Assembly: GCA_002269645.1 (NCBI GenBank)
Contig: NIVC01001135.1
Location: 186,001-250,000, forward strand
Source of the DNA: Macrostomum lignano
Taxonomy: Eukaryota
Reading direction: 5' to 3'
Length of the DNA stretch: 64,000 nucleotides
Of the stretch, positions 34,642-46,300 are shown piece after piece. Every line of letters starts with the position of its first letter. Positions within the stretch are counted from its first letter, which is position 1. Both the position numbers and the translations under genes were made by a program. Under the pieces are notes generated by a model. That model ran no database searches. It was not told the DNA's origin and saw only the letters and a program-made list of their open reading frames with translations.

Positions 34642-35991
34642 AGGCCTATGATTCAAATATGATATGAAATATACCATTAAAATTGCAATTTTAAAGGTAT
34701 TATATTCAACAAAATATATAATTCAAGGAAGGTAAACCTAAACCAGCTGGGTGCTAGGCCTAGTTTATATAGTATAGTGTATTCAAATTTGCAATAAAAA
34801 ATTAAAAATCTAAGCCTAATTAAAAGTGTAAAAACCTAGAAAAAAGGTTAGTGCCCATTTTTGTGACTAGGCCTAGGCCCTAACCATTTTTTTCTGTCTG
34901 GCTTTCAGGTAAAAACTGATAGCTTTCTAAAGACTTGAGGCCTAGGTAAAACAAGAAAAATGAAAATGGTGGGGGCATATTGTAAATATTGTCCTTATAT
35001 ATTTAACTACATAGACAGGTCTATTAGTATAGTTACTACATTGAAATGGAATTATACCTACAATAATGGCTTAATAGTACCGTAATGCAGCATTTTTATT
35101 GCAAATATACTTGATTTTAAAAAGGAAAAATACAAAGTTCGGCTAATGCCACTTGTGAGTATTTTGCAACTTGGGGCTTATGAAATAAAAAGAAAATAAT
35201 ATGAAGATGAAACTTTCAAGACACAACTACATTAAAATATAATAGAGTAACATGTTGTGCGTGCTAAATAAAAAGAATGGTTATCTTAGCTGCCTTAGAT
35301 CAAATGCAATCATTGATTTTGTGATGAAAAAATGATTTGCTCCTATCTCCGCAGTGTATTTTTTCCAGGAAATCGTCCTCCTAAAAATTTACACGATCTT
35401 TGAGTTTTACGTCCTGCTAGTCTAGAAGTCCTTGTTCGTAACGCGTATGCATGCTAATTTTTCGTTAGCCTCTGTACATTATTACGAGTCAGTATGCAGT
35501 AAAGCGTTCCTATAGAGCCAGCTACACCTAAAAGGACTTGCTTTCACAAATTTCTTGCCATAGTTCTTGTATTTCAGAGAGCAGATGAAAGAGGATGTGA
35601 ACTTAATAATGATAGCACTTTTATAATGATAATCACAGTATTATTAACACACTCAGCGTCGGCCACGCAAATGTACATGCAGTGCACATATGGGTGCGGG
35701 ATTCAGATTGCGTAATCGATACTTAAATGCTCGTTGCCCAGCAAAAAGAAAGTTCAAGGTGTCAGGGGGCAATAAAAAGTGAAGAACACTCATTATAAAA
35801 TGATATTGGCTAGCCAAGAATTACTTCGGCCCTCGATATAATGAGGATTTCAATATTAGGTCCATAAGATTTAGGCATATGATTACAAAGGCACAGCACC
35901 CTCGGCATCTCTGTCAGCCTATCTTGCCTACTAATGTATAATCCCATCAGTACTCGAAATATGGCCCGTAAAAAATCATCAACGCAAGAGG

Positions 35992-36287
35992 GATGCGGTT
36001 TTCAACGATTCTTTTCTCATTGTCGGTCCAGTAGAGAGATCCGATAGAGAAACCGGCTCAATCGGCCACCGCTTCCATTTCAGAGCCTTAAGTTCACATG
36101 AAATCCCCGTTTTCCCCATTTATCCCATTCAGGGAGACCAAATGATAGAGAGATGCGGTTTTCGACGATTCTTCTCTCATTGTCGGTCCAGTAGAGAGAT
36201 CCGATAGAGAAACCGGCTCAATCGGCCACCGCTTCCATTTCAGAGCCTTAAGTTCACATGAAATCCCCATTTTCCCCATTTATCCCA
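35992..36287. repeat. Tandem duplication, 160-bp unit, about 1.85 copies
   Basis: GATGCGGTTTTC recurs at 35992 and 36152. Confidence 0.9.
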
Positions 36288-37233
36288 TGCGCGGAAGCGG
36301 CCGGGAAGCTATGAGTAAAAATGAGTTTTGCCTTTATGGAAGGATCAAGGATATCATGCAAGGTTCATGAATCTGTAAATCCTGCATTATTTCAGTACGA
36401 GTGACCCGATCGTTATAGCAAAATATATATACAAACCCAATATACCTTGACTAATTGCATGTGCTTTTTGTCCCCATAAAATGTCATGTAACAATTTTTC
36501 GACAGTTTGATCGTGCTCAAGCCTCGATATATATACAATACAAGGATCACTGCCTCGATATTTAGAGGAAACGTGCATTCACAATTTCTGAAAATCCAAC
36601 TTTTAGGTTGTAAAAACCACCTGACGCTACAGAATCGAGAACTTGTAGGTGCCACAAGGCAGAGAAGCAAAGAAAAATAGAAAAAGAAAATATAGCTAGG
36701 ACAGTGATCAGAAAAAGAACGGCCAAGGGCCACACATACAGAGGCGCTTTCACTGTATAACACTATATAACGAGAGTGCAGACATCAAAGTCATGAAGCG
36801 CGTAGGGCACATGTTACAAACGGCATCATTGTTTGGTTTAAATTCATGAATTGAAATTAGACAAGAAATTATACTGAATAATGTATGTACTTAAATGTAC
36901 AGTGTACTCATACATACATGGCCACATGTATGCGTACAACAAATATACCATTTTATTTGATCTGTGGCGCATCAAAAATGCACGCACACGTACAGTAAAT
37001 GCATATGTTACATTACAAACTAAGTACACAGCAACAGGACAGAATCAGATTATTTTTGCTGATTGTAAAAATATTGTAAAATCATAATAAAAAGCAAAAG
37101 CTCGAATCAGCCTTTCACGGGTAGATATCACAGGCGATTGCTGATAATTTTCGTTGAATGAATTTACCGCATGCCCGAGCCTACATAAAGACTGCATGAA
37201 AGTAATCCCGTCTCCATGGTTGCTCCAGCTTAT

Positions 37234-38058
37234 TTACTCAGATTTTGGGTCGTCTCCATCAACAACTTGGCGCCTCCGCTTGTCGTACAGCTCGTAGACA
37301 ACAACAATGACCAGAATGGCGACAATTTCGCAGCCAATCGCCACGAGCGGAGTCAGGAAGCTCAGCGGACTCTTCACCCGCAGGAACAGCCTGGCGGTGT
37401 TCTCTCCGTACCTGTTTTTGGACGCGCAGGTGATGTAACCCCTGTCGGCTTCGTAGCTGACAGAGCTCAGGTAGAGCGTATTGTTATTTGTCAAATTGAA
37501 CGCCGGGTCTACAGACTTCGTCCAGCGAATGTCGCCCATCGGGTTGCCTTCGACCAGGCACAGTATTGCCACGCTTTCTCCGGGCCACATCGCCACGTCG
37601 TACTCGTTCGCCCCGTCCACCTTCATCGTCAGGAGTGGCGCGGACAAGAATCGGCCAGTGGCGGAAGCCGTCTGGTTGACAATGCAGACAAAGTTAGTGA
37701 TGTCAGACTTGACCGGGTAGTTGATGTTGAGCACCGAGGTACCAGAGAGGCCATTGTCAGCCAGTTTTGTGTCAACGGTGATTCTGGCGTCAACGGTTGC
37801 GCTGGAGTTGGAGTTTTCCAAACGCCAGAAGAAACTACTCGGGCTCAGCACCCCAGAGCTGCTGGCCCTGCAGGTAATGGCCAGACGTTTCAGCTTGCCA
37901 AGGGTGTACCTCTCGCCTGTTGAACTGCCAGAGTCTTTAAGACTCACCGAAACGTCGTCTACAGTAACATTGATGTGCTGAGCGGACACCACAGCAGCCA
38001 GCAGGAGCTGCAGGACAGCGGCAGCAATCGGGCTCTGGCAGGCGAACATTATCGACAT
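37234..38058 (-). CDS. Basigin/neuroplastin/embigin-family Ig-domain type I membrane protein, 274 aa, single coding exon
   Basis: Signal peptide, two Ig-like domains (C-W-C patterns, DRGYITC), TM segment PLVAIGCEIVAILVIVVVYE with the family's intramembrane Glu, then KRRR. Confidence 0.85.
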   Translation of the reverse strand: MSIMFACQSPIAAAVLQLLLAAVVSAQHINVTVDDVSVSLKDSGSSTGERYTLGKLKRLAITCRASSSGVLSPSSFFWRLENSNSSATVDARITVDTKLADNGLSGTSVLNINYPVKSDITNFVCIVNQTASATGRFLSAPLLTMKVDGANEYDVAMWPGESVAILCLVEGNPMGDIRWTKSVDPAFNLTNNNTLYLSSVSYEADRGYITCASKNRYGENTARLFLRVKSPLSFLTPLVAIGCEIVAILVIVVVYELYDKRRRQVVDGDDPKSE

Positions 38059-39578
38059 CCGGGCTGCAACTGGCTTCGATCGGGAAAAAATTCTGGCTCT
38101 GCCGGAGCAGAAAATTGCGTCAAAATGAAAAATAAGGGGGCAACTGGAAAGAGAGGAGATGAGCAAGCCAGTGAGCGATGAGGCTCGGTTGGCTTTATAC
38201 TGGGCAAAGAAATCTGCCCACTTCCCGCCCGCCTCCTCCGTCTACCTGCCTAAACTCGTTTCCCAACTTCCCATTTGACTCGGGGCGGTTCATTACCGAG
38301 CGGAAACTGCCATTGGCCGTGCAGATCTAGAGGATATTTTTCTGCGCAGAACGCACACCCTGATACGTCCTGTTCGCTTAGGAGAGAAAATCAAAGAAAA
38401 GGGAACAAGGGATAGACCAATGAAGGGGAAATGTCTTCACCTATGCATATTGTCAAGCAACTGCCTTTTTACCGCGTTTTCTATCCCTTCCCCAGCTCTC
38501 CAACAGCCGATGCAGAGTGGCACGCCGGTCTGGTCAGACTCCGACCACTTTGTGCCGCTTTGAACCAGCGAGATCCGCCTCGCCACAGGGCTCTCTGTCC
38601 TCAACCACTCCACCTCAGCGTCCAGGATAGGAAAGCAATAGCACGCCACGTACTAGGGGGTCAATAGAGACTCAATAGAGAAATAATACAGACAAGCGGC
38701 TGAATTTGCAGTCTGGACGAACAGAAATGTTTGTAGCTCACATTCCTACATTTTCAATTGGAATGATTAACTCTGACTTATCTATTAATAACCCTTTCTT
38801 AAAAATCTATCGCTTAAACTTTAAATGTCACATCAGTCACAGAGCCCTCAGTTTTCAAAACTGGTATTGGATTTTTTACCTTATTGAAATCAGGCTTAAA
38901 CATCGATTTCCATGCTATAATGGATCAGAATTCTCAACCTGCTCGCCTTTTTCCGACGATGTCTATGGGCAAGACCGAATCTACTGCCTGCCAAATGGGA
39001 TTTTCAACTTGGTTGGACTTACTATCAACTTGCCTGACAAAAGCAATGTTAGCAGAAAGGAGCTAAAAATAACTTTAAAATTGTTGAACACAAAAGAACA
39101 TTGAGACCTAACGGGCGTTCAAACTTTCGCCCAATTCAGTTCTAGAACTGGTTGGAACAGCTTTTTTTCCCGAAGGGGCAGCAGCAGTTTGTGTGCGTGA
39201 GAATGTTTCACTGTACAGTTTTAATTTTTACCCTCACTGAGAGCTTTAGCAGCAACGCAATATTGTGTATGAATTGGTGAGAGAAGGTGAGAGAGAAAAC
39301 CGCCCCTGCTCCCATGGTTTCCGAGAGGGTGGGGGCCGACCAGGGCAGATACGCTGAGAGACGGGCATTGTACAGTTCAGAACTAGCTGCACAGCGAGGC
39401 TAGAGAGTACAGTCAGTACACCCATGTCCAAACCCACGCTAGCAAGCTGCATGCCAGCGAAGTACAGTCAGGCGAGTAAAACAGTTGCTGGGCATGCAGT
39501 TTAGCTGACTGATGCAGCTGAAATCGACAAGAAAACTCTACTTTGGTCACAATACATGCCGCTGAATCCGATAGCGTC

Positions 39579-42254
39579 ATGTACAAGCGCTTCGTTCGCG
39601 AGTCCTCAGAACTGGAGCCCTTCCGAGCTCAATGTGAGTCCTCCGGCGCCCACGGCAATCCAGAAGTCGACGATCTGTGGGCCCGAATCGACGCGCGCAA
39701 CCGTCGGCAGGCTTTCCAGACTGCCGCGCAGGAGCCAAAAATTGCTGGTGGCTCCTCCGATTTGAACGCGGCGGCACGTGCGCGTCACCAATGGGGCACC
39801 GTGCGAATCTTCATCTCGTCCACATTCAAGGACTTCTTTGCTGAGCGCGAGAGTCTGGTCAAGCGGGTTTTCCCCAGCCTGCGAGAGTGGTGCGAGAAGC
39901 GCAGGATTGCCCTATACGACTACGACCTGCGATGGGGAGTGCCAAAAGACAGCACAAGCTCCGAAGCAGTTCGCACCTGTCTCGAACTGCTCGATCGCTG
40001 CCAGACGGAAACTGGGGGGCGCGTCTTCTTTCTGGGCCTGGTTGGCGACCGATTCGGCTGGGTGCCCGGGCCTGCTGACCTTGACGAGGAGCTGCAGCTT
40101 CAGTATGACTGGACGTTCGGCAGCTCGGTGACGCAGATGGAGGTCGTGCACGGCGCCATGGCGAAGCTGAGCCCCAACGCGCTCTTCATGGTTCGCGACT
40201 CGGCCTGCTACGCGGATATTCCGGACGCTCAGCGCAAGGACTTTGTTGAGCCAGCCGGCTCCGTCACCGCTCGTCACGTAGCTCGACAGAAGCTGGAGTT
40301 AGCCAAGCGGTTCCCGCCAAGCCAGGTGCGCCTGTACTCGGTGCGATACGCAGGAAGTGTCAAAGAGGGCAAGCGCGAGCGCGTTCAGTTCTCCGGCTTT
40401 GAAGAATTCGAGCGGCAAGTGCTGACCTTCTTTCAGAAAACAATTGCAGCAGAGTTTCCGCTGCACGTGGCCAGTGAGCCGCCAGAGGAGCCGGTGACTT
40501 CTAGTGAGAAGCCGACATCAGAAGCGGCAAGCGACAGTGGCGAGTCGAATGAGATGCACATCTGCTACATGTTTGCCCTGGCTGGCAATGCTCAGGGTCA
40601 GACGGCTTGCCTGAACTTGATGCGGGACTTTGCATCAGCCGACGATCCCGATGCCAGCAAGCTGCCGCCACTTTTTGGGGACCTGGAGGAGGCCAGCGAG
40701 ACATCCGACCTGAGGGCTCTGGCGATCTGCGGCGACACTGGGGCCGGGAAAAGCACAGTTCTGGCTCGGCTGGGCCAGCTCTTCGTTGACAAGAAAGGCT
40801 TTGATGTGATGGCGCACTTTTCGCAGTTCAGTCCGACCTCAGGCGACGCGCAAGCGCTTCGAAAGAAGCTAAGAGACTTTTTCCTTGACTTCGTGCCAAA
40901 AGAAAATGTGACTGCCATAACGAAGGATACAAGCGTTGAAAACATATTGGAATTGGTGTCCAAAATTACGAGTCGACGATTTATTGTTCTGATTGATGCC
41001 TACGAGTGCTTCTTCGAGTCCAGCCACCCCCGAGACCTGCTGCCAGCTGCCTGGCCAGCAAATGTTCGCTGCATCCTCACCTGTCACAAATCGGAGGCGG
41101 CTCGCTGTTTCGGCGATCGAGTTGTGCACCTGTACAACCTGGAGCCTCTGGAGCCGGAAGCTTGTCGGGCTGTGTGCCGCGGCTACCTGGACGCGTTCGG
41201 CAAGCGTCTGGACGCGGCGCAGCTGACCTCCCTGCTCGGCAAGGCCAGCGCCACCAACCCGCTCTGGCTGACGCAGGCCTGCGAAGAGCTGCGCGTATTT
41301 GGCGACTACGCGGCTCTGTCGCAGATGATCGCCAATTTCCCGGACGACACGCACGAACTTCTAAAAACCATCGGTGCTCGAATTCTCAAAGACGACAAAC
41401 CGGACGGTCTGGTGGCCACCCTGCTATCGCTGGTCAGCGTCTCGCGTGTCGGCCTCTGGGAGAAGCACGCGAGACGGTTGCTCCATTTTGCGTCCAATGG
41501 GCAGGAGACGAAATACGAGAGCGAAAACGATGAAGTGCCCCTTGCGGAGTACCTGAGGCTCCGGCGGGAAACCAAAGCTTTTCTGCGTAGCATCGCTCGT
41601 GAGTCCACCTGTTTGACCTTTCAGCACCGAGCCTCGCGCGCCGCGGTACAGGAGCTGCTCCTGGCAGAGCCCGAGGCTGTCATCCGTTGGCACAGCCTCG
41701 TGGCCAACTTCATCTTGTCTAGGCTTCGGAATGGCTTTGACGCTGTGTTGTCTCGTGACCTGCCGCATCACCTGTACTATTGCGACCGAAGGTCAGAGCT
41801 GCACAAGATCCTGTCATTCGACCAGAGCAGCAGACACATCGCTATTCGCATCCCGACCATCACGTCAAGCTACGTTTACAATTCTTGGCGCTGTCGCCAG
41901 GTGAAGGTGACGCCGGAGAGCAAGCAGGCTTCATTGGTGGTGTGCACCTTCTGCAAGAACCTGCCAACTCGAGTCGGCACTCTGAGGTCGGCCGGCTGCG
42001 CCTACTGCGGCATGATGATCATGCGGGGCCACTCGGTGCCAGCGGGCACCTGCCAGATGCACCAGGCCCCACATGCCAGCATGCTTCGCTGTTGGTTCTG
42101 CGGCAGGACTGACTCAAACGCAGCGCAGTTGTCGATCTGTTCGATGTGCAACATGTCCAGCCCGATGTGGTGCTGCCAGCCCGTATTGGAAACTGACAGG
42201 CAGTTCCGATTTCTTCAGCGTGGTCAGACTAAGCGGTCAAATCTGTTTTTTTGA
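39579..42254 (+). CDS. TEP1/NWD-like STAND NTPase: DUF4062-like domain, NACHT-type P-loop, Cys-rich C-terminus
   Basis: VRIFISSTFKDFFAERESL...DLRWGV; Walker A GDTGAGKS (40731-40754); Walker B FIVLIDAYE; NPLWLTQACEELR. First in-frame ATG at 39579; an upstream exon is possible. Confidence 0.85.
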   Translation: MYKRFVRESSELEPFRAQCESSGAHGNPEVDDLWARIDARNRRQAFQTAAQEPKIAGGSSDLNAAARARHQWGTVRIFISSTFKDFFAERESLVKRVFPSLREWCEKRRIALYDYDLRWGVPKDSTSSEAVRTCLELLDRCQTETGGRVFFLGLVGDRFGWVPGPADLDEELQLQYDWTFGSSVTQMEVVHGAMAKLSPNALFMVRDSACYADIPDAQRKDFVEPAGSVTARHVARQKLELAKRFPPSQVRLYSVRYAGSVKEGKRERVQFSGFEEFERQVLTFFQKTIAAEFPLHVASEPPEEPVTSSEKPTSEAASDSGESNEMHICYMFALAGNAQGQTACLNLMRDFASADDPDASKLPPLFGDLEEASETSDLRALAICGDTGAGKSTVLARLGQLFVDKKGFDVMAHFSQFSPTSGDAQALRKKLRDFFLDFVPKENVTAITKDTSVENILELVSKITSRRFIVLIDAYECFFESSHPRDLLPAAWPANVRCILTCHKSEAARCFGDRVVHLYNLEPLEPEACRAVCRGYLDAFGKRLDAAQLTSLLGKASATNPLWLTQACEELRVFGDYAALSQMIANFPDDTHELLKTIGARILKDDKPDGLVATLLSLVSVSRVGLWEKHARRLLHFASNGQETKYESENDEVPLAEYLRLRRETKAFLRSIARESTCLTFQHRASRAAVQELLLAEPEAVIRWHSLVANFILSRLRNGFDAVLSRDLPHHLYYCDRRSELHKILSFDQSSRHIAIRIPTITSSYVYNSWRCRQVKVTPESKQASLVVCTFCKNLPTRVGTLRSAGCAYCGMMIMRGHSVPAGTCQMHQAPHASMLRCWFCGRTDSNAAQLSICSMCNMSSPMWCCQPVLETDRQFRFLQRGQTKRSNLFF

Positions 42255-43051
42255 AACTGAAAATTTTAATTCGGTGTTTTTTGAGTGGAATGACACCTTC
42301 AAAGTGAGCAAATAAACAATTCCATTAACCTTCATTTAATTAACCCACTCTTGTTTTTATTTTAACGCAAATCTGCACAGTTCCGTCTGAAATAAAATGA
42401 CCTTCGTTGTCCGCTAATTTTCTTAACGAGGCTGCGCACTAATTGCATCGAGTCATGTCTAGCCTATACATGTAGTCTTGTCTGCACTCGCTATGAAGAA
42501 GATAAAGCGATCCGACAACTGTAATTAAGGCAAGACCGATCTGCGCTCACGCAGGTCTTCCTGTCACGCATTCGGTGACTGCATGGCATTCAGAATCCCT
42601 ATTGGGGATAATAGGCTTGTTAAACGAAGCTTCAAATGAGGACACTGCTGCCATCTAGTCTGTCCATTTAAGTCGGAAAACTGTTCTCGAGTGATGGACA
42701 AGGAGGTGGATTTCAACGAACTTTCTTTCCTGCCCCTTCTACTGATTAACAGTGGGATTACCGGCTTATGCAGAGCTGCTCAATACTCCTTTGTGAAGAA
42801 AATGCTTCTCACTAACTTTTTCGACTTAAGAAATGTTGCACAGCTCGTACTGGGTGAGGATGGGAATCCATGAGTCTTCTATTCTCACCGAGGCTGCACT
42901 CATGCGCTCAACTCTGCAGTTTTGTTATGAAAGAGACGCTCTTTTGCAAGCAAAGACAGATAAAAATACTTACTACTTGAGTAGCTTAAATGAGTCATAT
43001 TCCTGAGTAGTTTAAAAGCGTATCATGATTACACGCAGTTGTATATTTGCG

Positions 43052-43273
43052 TCCTGGGTAGCTCTAATCTCGCATCCTGGGTAGCTCTAATCTCGCATCC
43101 TGGGTAGCTCTAATCTCGCATCCTGGGTAGCTCTAATCTCGCATCCTGGGTAGCTCTAATCTCGCATCCTGGGTAGCTCTAATCTCGCATCCTGGGTAGC
43201 TCTAATCTCGCATCCTGGGTAGCTCTAATCTCGCATCCTGGGTAGCTCTAATCTCGCATCCCGAGTAGCTCTA
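43052..43273. repeat. Minisatellite, 23-bp unit TCCTGGGTAGCTCTAATCTCGCA
   Basis: Period 23 at 43052/43075; about 9.5 copies. Confidence 0.97.
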
Positions 43274-43332
43274 GGGTCGCAATGCCCGGATCCGTCGTCA
43301 TGTACAGAATAGGTCTGCTTGAGGCTTTGAAT

Positions 43333-46300
43333 CAAGGACTTCTAGACTAGCAGGACGTAAAACTCAAAGATCGTGTAAATTTTTAGGAGGACGATTTCCT
43401 GGAAAAAATACACTGCGGAGATAGGAGCAAATCATTTTTTCATCACAAAATCAATGATTGCATTTGATCTAAGGCAGCTAAGATAACCATTCTTTTTATT
43501 TAGCACGCACAACATGTTACTCTATTATATTTTAATGTAGTTGTGTCTTGAAAGTTTCATCTTCATATTATTTTCTTTTTATTTCATAAGCCCCAAGTTG
43601 CAAAATACTCACAAGTGGCATTAGCCGAACTTTGTATTTTTCCTTTTTAAAATCAAGTATATTTGCAATAAAAATGCTGCATTACAGTACTATTAAGCCA
43701 TTATTGTAGGTATAATTCCATTTCAATGTAGTAACTATACTAATAGACCTGTCTATGTAGTTAAATATATAAGGACAATATTTACAATATGCCCCCACCA
43801 TTTTCATTTTTCTTGTTTTACCTAGGCCTCAAGTCTTTAGAAAGCTATCAGTTTTTTAAGCTAGACCTGCATATATAGGACCAAGAATATAGTCATATAG
43901 ACCTAGGCACAAAAACAAGCTCTAACCATTTTTACTAAGTAGGCCTATCTATAAAGAAATATTCTAGATTTTTTTAGTATTTAACTTTTAATATTATTAT
44001 TATTATTATTATTAAATTGCAAGTTTTATAGGTTAAAATGTGTTAATAAGAAATATATTTGCATTAATAATTAACAAAATAAATAGATTAGTCGTTAGAA
44101 AAGGTAAATGTTAAATAATAGTTTAAGAAAAAGGAATTTGTTAAAATAGTTTTATATGTGTACTATTTTAAGTTTAAATTACTTTTTTAGCTAAAAATTT
44201 ACATCATATAGTAGTAAAACTTCTAATTGAATTTTTGTACCTTTTGCTTATGTATTAGCTTTTTTTTTATGTTGACTTATATATTAAAATACAATTGACA
44301 ACCTTTGATAATATTTATTTTTGCATTAACCCTGAACAATTAAATTCTTTATATTTCAACATATTTTGTTTCAGCTGCCAGCAACAAGCCTCAATTGCCA
44401 CTGCCTGATTTTCAGCCTACATTCTGAGCTTATCTACTAGCTGTGTATTGGCCAATGCTTCATGTTTGATCAACCTAATGATTGCATTATGGCATTCCAT
44501 GTCCTGCTCACTTGTCACAACTCAGTGACCTAGCCTGCCACCCAAAAAGCTAGGCAGGCTGGTTGGTTTTGTGCTGGCAATTGGTTTGGTTGTCAACATA
44601 CAGAAGATTGCTGTGCTCTAGTAACCAGACAACATCAAGCTTTGAGGCTATTCTACTGTGCACTGCATTCAAGATGAGCAACTGCAGTTCTTTAACTGCT
44701 TGCTGGCTGACACTAGCACTTCAAGACTCATTGGCACTACCTTAATTTTTGCTGGTGATGTCTTTCTTATAAATAACTCAAAGTTAATAACTTCTCTTTC
44801 ACCTTAGTAAATAAAAAAGACAAGACTTTTTTCATTTCAAATGAATTTTATTTTGTTTCACAGATCTGAAATGTGAACTTTCAACTGTTTTGACTTGCAA
44901 AGAATGTAAGATGTAATTTATAATATATATACAGTGCATTGAAACATTAAAAGAGCAATGTATAGATACATTCTTTATACATACTGATGTAGAAAATAGA
45001 AAATGTTCTTTGTTTTTGAATTGGTTTTTTGCAATGTTTGATGTTTCAGAAATGGAAAAATAAACCAGGCACAAAGATGCACAGCTCATAATATGCAACT
45101 GCAAGGGCAAAATTGAGTAAATATTTTGTATGACATGGTACTTGTATCTATGAAGTAAATCAAAAGTAAATCAGAAAAGTAAATTTAAATACTGTAAAGG
45201 CTTGGCTTAATTTGGAGGTCGAAATATGAGTATAATAACCAGCAGTGTAGTGTTAAGTGTTTACCAGGCATAGCATGCCTGGGCGCAACCTAGGGATTCA
45301 CCCGGCCGTTTCTATTGGCAACACACACATGTAAGTTGCTATTGGATGGAATAGTAGTCACGTGACTATTCTCAGCCAATAGCGACTTACATGTGTGTTG
45401 CCAATAGAAACGGCCGAGTGATTCCCCAGGTTGCGCATGTATGCGGCATAGAATTTTTTTGTGGAACTAACAGTGCAGTTGGATTGTCATGGCCATGTGG
45501 AGTTTTATGCACGGGGTTAGTGAGGAGCACTACATCCAGGCAATGCGTGGGCGGCCTTAGCTCCAATGGCTGCGCAACTTGTAGCTAAACTAAACAGAAA
45601 AGCAGATATCAGTATTTAAAAAGAGAAAAAATTGGCAAATTAGCAAGTACCATGAAGCTTATTTGCTTCAATTAATTTTGCACAGTCGGCCTACAGTGGC
45701 TGAAATTGGACTATCTATCAGACTCAGTCTTGCCGCACTATACCCTTAAAACATTAGTCAGCTTTCTTGAGATGTGGCATAGCAGATCAGGTTCAATGGC
45801 ATGTCTATGAAGATCGCATCCTACATCGCTAAGACCACTAAAGTGAGACCTCAATGTTATGTGGGGTGAAGGACATGGGCATTGCTTCTCAGTGTGCAGT
45901 TCCCGCTGGCCAGTTATAGATATAGTGAATTCCATTTCCAATGCTCAGTTGCAGCTGCCAGATGAAAAATGATTAACAATCAGGTGGGCTCCAAATTCTT
46001 TCCAAGGTTGGCACCAGGCTCTACCAGCATGCTTGAGATTGCTTTCCATGGCCTCCAATTGAGACTATCGCTCTAGTTGATGTTGGAAGCCCAAAAATGC
46101 AAAACTTTGACTTGAGTGCTGCAATGATGAGCAATAGGCCTAGTGCTGGAGTCCATCCACCACACTAAAATGTTGGTAGGTATGGGCAATGGTAAAATGA
46201 GAAATTTTGTCTTTTCATTGGAATGAACTTTCCTAAAAGGTTATACCATAAATTTTGCTACAAACTATGCCATCATAAATTTAGGGAAACTAGCCATGTA

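Larger units (their letters stand above)
30587..35434. mobile_element. 4.85-kb non-autonomous foldback DNA transposon, copy 1 (524-bp TIRs, CAAGG termini)
   Basis: 30587-31110 is the near-perfect reverse complement of 34911-35434; nearly identical to 43333-48179; flanks ACAGTACA/TTCGTAAC give no TSD. Confidence 0.92.

Noticed and set aside
36285-36312. Helitron-like 3' end (GCGCGGAAGCGGCCGGGAAGCTA)
   Set aside because: Lacks the terminal CTAG and a clear hairpin; no 5' TC boundary identified.
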